Source: Actinomycetota bacterium
GTDB taxonomy: Bacteria; Actinomycetota; Actinomycetes; Actinomycetales; Microbacteriaceae
Assembly (NCBI GenBank): GCA_005778835.1
Contig: SXMG01000049.1
Location: forward strand, 1,746-65,745
Direction: 5' to 3'
Length of the DNA: 64,000 bases
Shown here: positions 58,668 to 64,000 of the stretch, in pieces
Layout: every line of letters starts with the position of its first letter
Numbering within the stretch: the stretch's first letter is position 1
Position numbers and translations under genes: made by a program
The notes under the pieces: model-generated
Seen by the model: only the letters and a program-made list of their open reading frames with translations
Told to the model about the DNA's origin: nothing
Database searches by the model: none

Positions 58668-59972
58668 CTACGACCCGGCGCTGCTCGATTCGACCTCGTA
58701 GGTGAACGAGCCGGGCACGCCGCCGTAGGTGACGCGCAGCAGCGAGACCGGCCCGATCTCGTCGTAGGCGGTGCAGACGAAGGTGCTGCCGACCGCTAGC
58801 GTCGCTTCTGTCGGGCAGAGCACGCTCACCTCGAGGCCCTGCTGCTGCAGGTCGGTCGCGATCTGCGACTCGACCTGGCGCAGCTCGGTGAGGCTCGCAT
58901 CGCGCGGCAGCGCAAGGCTCGCGGCGCCGAGCGCGGCACCGACGATGATGCTGAGCGCGAGGTAGACCCAGGTCGGGGCGACGCCCTTGCCGGTCGTGCG
59001 CAGCACGTGGATCGCCCGGGCGATGAGGTACATGAACGGTCCGACCAGAATCCACAGCACCGACGGGCGGTACTCGTGGCCGAGCGCGCCGAGGCGCCGG
59101 AAGTCGGTGATCGCGCCGATGACCACCCAGGCGAGCAGGGCGAAACCCAGAGCGGCACCGATGATGGTCGTCGAACTGCTCGTGCCGCCGTCGGTCAGCA
59201 CCCAGCCGAGGGCGAGCAGGCCGAGCTGCAGCAGGGGCGAGAGGGCGAGCATCCACGCTCCGCCGGTGGTGACGCCCGTGACGGTGCGTGTCGACGAGCC
59301 CCCGCGGGCGCTGCCCCAGGTGCGCGTCATGGGCTCGTAATCGACACTCGCGAGGTCGACCGAGCCGGTGGGCTGGGCGAAGCTCGACGACGAGGTCCAC
59401 GGGGTGCCCGCCGACGCCGGGGCCGGCGGAACCGTGGCGAGCGGGGTGACCGCGAACGAGCCGGAGTCGGTCGGTCGGGGCGGGTCGGCGCTCGGGGCGG
59501 GGGCCTCGCCCGACCAGCTCGGCGCGGGTGGTTGGGCGCCCGCCCAGCCCGAGGGCTCGACCGCGGGCGACGTCGGAGGCACCAGGCGCACGGGTTCAGA
59601 GATCGGGAACGAGGTCGACGTCGGCGGCACGAGCTTGACCGGAGCCGAGACCGGAATCGACGGGGAGCCCGACGCGCGCACGTCGCGGCGGCTCGGCACG
59701 GCGTCGGCCGCGGGCGGCACGTCGAGGTCGGTGGCGGCCGGGTCGGCGACGGGCGGGGGCACGGGCGCGGACGGCGCCGGCATCGGGATCGATGATGCGG
59801 CCGTCGGCTCGGCGGTGGCGGCTGCCGAGACGGGCGGCGGGTACGCCGACGCATCGGGCGCGGGTGCGGCGGGGTTGGGCTGCGTGTGGTCTGTCCAGCC
59901 CTCGCCGTCCCACCAGCGGATCAGCGCAGCATTCTCGGCATCGGTGTACCACCCGGGTGCTACCGAACTCAT
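58668..59972 (-). CDS. DUF2510 membrane protein with Pro-rich linker and DUF4333-like C-terminus
   Basis: APGWYTD...RWWDG..WT; four TMs; VLCP...GSTFVC. Confidence 0.78.
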   Translation of the reverse strand: MSSVAPGWYTDAENAALIRWWDGEGWTDHTQPNPAAPAPDASAYPPPVSAAATAEPTAASSIPMPAPSAPVPPPVADPAATDLDVPPAADAVPSRRDVRASGSPSIPVSAPVKLVPPTSTSFPISEPVRLVPPTSPAVEPSGWAGAQPPAPSWSGEAPAPSADPPRPTDSGSFAVTPLATVPPAPASAGTPWTSSSSFAQPTGSVDLASVDYEPMTRTWGSARGGSSTRTVTGVTTGGAWMLALSPLLQLGLLALGWVLTDGGTSSSTTIIGAALGFALLAWVVIGAITDFRRLGALGHEYRPSVLWILVGPFMYLIARAIHVLRTTGKGVAPTWVYLALSIIVGAALGAASLALPRDASLTELRQVESQIATDLQQQGLEVSVLCPTEATLAVGSTFVCTAYDEIGPVSLLRVTYGGVPGSFTYEVESSSAGS

Positions 59973-60070
59973 CTCGCCCCCTTTGCGCGACGACGGTCTC
60001 GCCGTGAATGGGGCCAGTCTAGGGCTGAGTCTCGCTCAGTGCTATTCGACTCTGCAGCCCGTTATGGGGG

Positions 60071-60304
60071 CTACGACGCCTCGGGCTGAATCGGTGCAGC
60101 GCCCGCGTCGGTGCGCTCATCGGCGGCGTGCTCGCGCTCGTCTGACGTCGACTCGTCGTGGTCGTCACCGACCTCGTCCTGATGCGGGCTGACCTTGCCT
60201 TCGTCGAGCACTTGCTCGCCGGCGACGATGTCGCCCGTGTCGGCGTTGCGCTCGTCGATATCGTCGGCGACGGGGTCAGAGCCGTGCTGGTTCGTGTCAG
60301 TCAT
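60071..60304 (-). CDS. Small acidic hypothetical protein
   Basis: MTDTNQHGSD..., very D/E-rich. Confidence 0.5.
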   Translation of the reverse strand: MTDTNQHGSDPVADDIDERNADTGDIVAGEQVLDEGKVSPHQDEVGDDHDESTSDEREHAADERTDAGAAPIQPEAS

Positions 60305-60422
60305 GTCACTGCCTGCTCTCGTTCGATCGTGCGGTGCCCGTGGGCGGGCGCCCGTCCCTCTCCAGAGGTCCAGGCGCCCTGAACCGAGCACGGCCGCTTC
60401 ACGCCGCCCTCGGCCTGCTGGG

Positions 60423-60638
60423 TCAGATGCCGGAGTCGCTCTCGACATCGTCGGCACTGGGGTCTTGTTCGCGACGCGGCTGCTCGTCACCCTCGACGAC
60501 GCCGTCGCCGACGAGGACGGGGTCGCTCGGGCCGGGCTCGCCCTGGCCGGCGCCGATATCGCCCTGGGCGCCCGGGTTCTCGCCCTGGGTGAGGTCGTCG
60601 TCGTCGTGGGTGCCGCTGGTGTGGTCGTTCATGCTCAT
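60423..60638 (-). CDS. Small acidic hypothetical protein
   Basis: MSMNDHTSG..., D/E/G-rich; AAGGGGG upstream. Confidence 0.5.
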   Translation of the reverse strand: MSMNDHTSGTHDDDDLTQGENPGAQGDIGAGQGEPGPSDPVLVGDGVVEGDEQPRREQDPSADDVESDSGI

Positions 60639-60762
60639 GATCGAGCCCCCTTGCTCTTCGTAGCGCCGGGCTGGTCGCCGCGGCGTGCCCCCACTCAACT
60701 CGCGAACGGCTCGCACCGACAGGGGTTGCCAGGGGCGGGCGCCCGGGCTATGGTTCGCCGCG

Positions 60763-61428
60763 ATGAGACGCGCAGCAGGCATCGCCGCCGACTACCTCTA
60801 TGTGCTGCGCTCGCGGCTGCGGTTCTACCGCTACGGGTCGCGTCCGCCGGCTCCGATCGAGGCGGGGGCGGATGCTCCGCCTCCCGTTCTGCTGATACCC
60901 GGCGTCTTCGAGACCTGGCACTACCTGAAGCCGCTGCGCGATCGGCTCGAGGGGCTCGGCCACCCCGTGCACAGTGTGCCCGAGCTCGGCTTCAACCGTC
61001 ACCCGATCCCGGAGATGGCAGCCCTGCTCGCCGCCTACGTCGAGCATCGCGACTTGCGCGACGTGCGAATCGTCGCCCACAGCAAGGGCGGTCTCATCGG
61101 CAAGCTCCTGCTCGTCGGCGACACCGATGGCAGGTTCGACCGCCTCATCTCGATCAACACGCCCTACCTCGGCAGCCCGCTCGCGCGCTTCGGCCTCGGG
61201 CCGTGGCGCGAGTTCTCGCCGACCCGCCCGGTCATCGTCGAGCTCGGCGAAGCGCTCGACGTCAACGCACGCATCACCTCGCTCTACAGCGAGTTCGACC
61301 AGTACGTGCCGGCGGGCAACTCAGTGCTGCCGGGCGCCGAGAACGTGGTGCTGCCGCACATCGGGCACTTCCGCGTGCTCGCGGTGCCCGCCGTCATCGA
61401 CGACGTGGTCGACCGCCTCAGCTCGTGA
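60763..61428 (+). CDS. Alpha/beta hydrolase (lipase/esterase-like)
   Basis: VLLIPG, AHSKGG, TPYLG, D.YVP, GHF; start uncertain. Confidence 0.82.
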   Translation: MRRAAGIAADYLYVLRSRLRFYRYGSRPPAPIEAGADAPPPVLLIPGVFETWHYLKPLRDRLEGLGHPVHSVPELGFNRHPIPEMAALLAAYVEHRDLRDVRIVAHSKGGLIGKLLLVGDTDGRFDRLISINTPYLGSPLARFGLGPWREFSPTRPVIVELGEALDVNARITSLYSEFDQYVPAGNSVLPGAENVVLPHIGHFRVLAVPAVIDDVVDRLSS

Positions 61429-61585
61429 CGGCGCTCGCCTCGTCGACGACCTCCATCGGCACCGTGTCACCGAGGTCGTGGTGCACGGTCGAATCCCAGT
61501 GGGCGTAGACCTTGTGGTCGAGGTCGTCGCTGGGCGCAGCATCCGTCATCGAGAGGCGATCGTCATCGTTCGTCAGTGAGCTCAT
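61418..61585 (-). CDS. Possible small acidic protein
   Basis: MSSLTNDDDRLSM...; fills the gap between convergent/divergent genes. Confidence 0.35.
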   Translation of the reverse strand: MSSLTNDDDRLSMTDAAPSDDLDHKVYAHWDSTVHHDLGDTVPMEVVDEASAVTS

Positions 61586-61678
61586 GGTGCTCAGTGAAGC
61601 CTGTTCGGGTGATGCGGCATAGGGCTTGACTTGCGTCGGCACAGGGGCATTCAGGGCGGCACCTGACAGAATCGCCCC

Positions 61679-62521
61679 ATGCCTGCCGCTGACGCCACGC
61701 CCGTGACAGATGATCGCCGAACGCTCACCCTGAAGCTGCTGCCCACCGCCATCGTGGTGACGAGCGCCATACCGCTGTTCGGCTTCGAGAACCGGCTCGT
61801 CGGCTACCCGTGGCTCGTGATCGGCCTCATCATCGCCTACTTCGTCGACCGCGAGTTGATGAAAGATCTCGGCATCATCGCTGCGGGCCTCATCGTCGTC
61901 AGCACGGTGAGCGTCAAGGCCGACATCTCGTGGCCCAACTTTTTCTTGCTCGGCTTCGTGCTGAGTCTCGCTGTGCTCGTGCCGTTCGTGCTTGACCGAT
62001 TCGTGTTCCAGCGGAAGGTCATCCGTTTTCCCTGGCGCAGCGGGCAGAAGTGGCAGCCGTGGGAGAAGTCGTACCTGTTCGCCGTGCCGTTCCTCGGCTG
62101 GCTCATTCTGCCGTTCTACTTCATCACCTCGGGCGCGTACCAGAACTGGCCGGCCGTCTCCGAATCCTCCGAAGTCGCCCGTCTCTTCGTGGGCGTCAAC
62201 GCCGTCGGAATCTGGGACGAGCTGTTCTTCATCTGCACCTGCTACGTGCTGCTGCTGCGCCACTTCCCGGTGCTGACCGCCAACATTCTGCAGTCGATCA
62301 TCTTCGTGAGCTTCCTGTGGGAGCTCGGCTACCAGGCCTGGGGCCCGCTCATGACGATCCCGTTCGCGATGCTGCAGGGCTGGATCTTCCACCGCACCAA
62401 GTCGCTCACCTACGTGATCATCGTGCACCTGCTCTTCGACCTCGTGGTCTTCCTCGCGATCGTGCACGCCCACAACCCCGGCGTCTTCCCGTTCTTCCTC
62501 GTCGAGAGCCCGGGGTCGTAG
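61679..62521 (+). CDS. CPBP (CAAX protease-like) intramembrane protein
   Basis: Multiple TMs; IWDELFF, G.I..RTKSL...HLLFD. Confidence 0.78.
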   Translation: MPAADATPVTDDRRTLTLKLLPTAIVVTSAIPLFGFENRLVGYPWLVIGLIIAYFVDRELMKDLGIIAAGLIVVSTVSVKADISWPNFFLLGFVLSLAVLVPFVLDRFVFQRKVIRFPWRSGQKWQPWEKSYLFAVPFLGWLILPFYFITSGAYQNWPAVSESSEVARLFVGVNAVGIWDELFFICTCYVLLLRHFPVLTANILQSIIFVSFLWELGYQAWGPLMTIPFAMLQGWIFHRTKSLTYVIIVHLLFDLVVFLAIVHAHNPGVFPFFLVESPGS

Positions 62522-62570
62522 GTAACAACTGCTCATGGTGCGGGGGCTGAGTCGCCCGCAGTCTGGGTGC

Positions 62571-63008
62571 ATGACCTCACGTGCCTTCCGCGCCCTGGCC
62601 GTCGCCGGCGCCCTCGCGTTCGCCCTGACCGGATGCTCGACCGCCGCCCCCGTCAGCACCGACGACCTCATTCCCGATGTCGCCGAGCGCGGCGACCCGG
62701 GTGGCAGCACCGACAGCAACGCCGGCGAGGTGGGCGACGGCGAGGTCACCGTGATCGGCGCCGACCTGACCTCCGGCTCGGCGGCCCTCATCGCCGAGAT
62801 CTACGCCGAGGGGCGCGACCCGATCCCGACCGTCGAGTTCCTCGACGCCACGACCGTGCGCTTCACCTGGCCGGAAGGCTCGCTGACCGAAGAGCAGGCG
62901 CTCAGCAACTGTCAGATCGCTTACGGCTCGATGAGCGGCGAGGGCGTGCGCGTGCTCTTCGCCATCGGTGACGCCGAGGCTGACTGCACCGCCGAGATCG
63001 AGGGCTGA
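62571..63008 (+). CDS. Putative lipoprotein
   Basis: Signal peptide with lipobox LTGC. Confidence 0.7.
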   Translation: MTSRAFRALAVAGALAFALTGCSTAAPVSTDDLIPDVAERGDPGGSTDSNAGEVGDGEVTVIGADLTSGSAALIAEIYAEGRDPIPTVEFLDATTVRFTWPEGSLTEEQALSNCQIAYGSMSGEGVRVLFAIGDAEADCTAEIEG

Positions 63009-63014
63009 GTCCCG

Positions 63015-63152
63015 CGTCTCCACAATTCAGGAGATCGGGATGCTCGCGCCTGGTCGACACGCCGTGCGAGCATCCCGCACCGGCGTTTCTGGGCCGCAGT
63101 TCCTGAATTGTGGAGATGCCACCCCGCGCGTGGCTCCTGAATTGTGGAGACG
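63015..63152. repeat. REP-like inverted-repeat element (same family as 11279-11342)
   Basis: CGTCTCCACAATTCAGGAG 63015-63033 is the reverse complement of 63134-63152; extra copy 63101-63116; inner GGGATGCTCGC/GCGAGCATCCC hairpin. Confidence 0.85.
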
Positions 63153-63176
63153 GCGCAGTGGGGCAGACTCGGGGGG

Positions 63177-64000
63177 GTGACCCTGCTTGACGCGATGCCC
63201 CGCCCGTACGAGGCCGGTGCGGCGTACGACGCGATCGAGAACTGGGCGGTCGGGCAGGGGCTGAACCTGTATCCGGCGCAAGAAGAGGCGATCTTCGAGC
63301 TCGTCGCGGGCGCGCACGTCGTGCTCGCCACGCCCACCGGCAGCGGCAAGAGCCTCGTCGCGGTCGCGGCCCACGCCATCGCCCTCGCTCAGGGGCAGCG
63401 CACGTACTACACGGCTCCGATCAAGGCACTCGTGAGCGAGAAGTTCTTCCAGCTCGTGGAGATCTTCGGCGCTGAGAACGTCGGCATGGTGACGGGCGAC
63501 TCGGCCGTCAACGGCGAGGCGCCGATCATCTGCTGCACCGCGGAGATTCTCGCCAACCAGGCGCTGCGCGAGGGCGCCGACCTCGAGGCCGGCATCGTCG
63601 TGATGGACGAGTTCCACTACTACGCCGACGTCGACCGCGGGTGGGCCTGGCAGGTGCCGTTGCTGACTCTCACCAACGCGCGGTTCCTGCTTATGAGCGC
63701 GACGCTCGGCGACGTCACGCCCATCGCCGCCGACCTCGAGCGCCGCACCGGCCATCCGGTGAGCGAAGTCACGCACACCGAGCGGCCGATCCCGCTGACG
63801 TTCGAGTACGTGCGCACGCCCGTGCACGAGACCGTGGAGACCCTGCTCGAGAACAAGCAGGCGCCGATCTACATCGTGCACTTCAGCCAGGCTGCGGCGA
63901 TGGAGCGCGCGCAAGCGCTCTCGAGCATCCGCGTGGTGACGCGCGAGCAGCGCGACGAGATCGCGGCCGCGATCGGCGACTTCCGCTTCGCGACGGGCTT
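63177..64000 (+). CDS. Ski2/HelY-like DEAD/DEAH helicase, partial (runs off the window)
   Basis: In-frame translation shows YPAQEEA, TPTGSGKS, TAPIKALVSEKF, MDEFH, LMSAT. Confidence 0.88.
   Translation, partial: MTLLDAMPRPYEAGAAYDAIENWAVGQGLNLYPAQEEAIFELVAGAHVVLATPTGSGKSLVAVAAHAIALAQGQRTYYTAPIKALVSEKFFQLVEIFGAENVGMVTGDSAVNGEAPIICCTAEILANQALREGADLEAGIVVMDEFHYYADVDRGWAWQVPLLTLTNARFLLMSATLGDVTPIAADLERRTGHPVSEVTHTERPIPLTFEYVRTPVHETVETLLENKQAPIYIVHFSQAAAMERAQALSSIRVVTREQRDEIAAAIGDFRFATG

Noticed and set aside
61679-62521. Abortive-infection gene (the CPBP family is also named Abi)
   Set aside because: The family name is historical; context is housekeeping and composition is host-like

Overview
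High-GC actinobacterial chromosomal window; gene set and leaderless promoters suggest Microbacteriaceae (inference). The left part (1-24.7 kb) is mostly housekeeping: mutY, an SDR, a GDPD, M20 and S9 peptidases, an SNF2 helicase and maltokinase. It also holds a GT2 synthase / membrane-fusion protein / GH81 operon; that operon and the next gene are each preceded by a copy of the same structured, SD-sequestering leader RNA. From about 24-25 kb to 49.8 kb lies a mosaic defence-island-like region with no integrase: orphan DarT, NERD-helicase, TA pair, NucS-like nuclease, Swt1-HEPN pair, AIPR + N6-MTase + PLD-SNF2, HEPN-like and PD-(D/E)xK genes. Its most unusual part is a lower-GC convergent four-gene block: GrpE-tailed protein + divergent Hsp70 facing a RapA/DrmD-like SNF2 ATPase + membrane-anchored coiled-coil Myb-like protein. 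The right part has htpX, a collagen-like protein, mazEF, dodecin, TM0106 nuclease-helicase + vWA + NrtR, small genes and a partial DEAD/DEAH helicase. No rRNA, tRNA or CRISPR array was seen. All family calls come from motif recognition by eye, not database searches.
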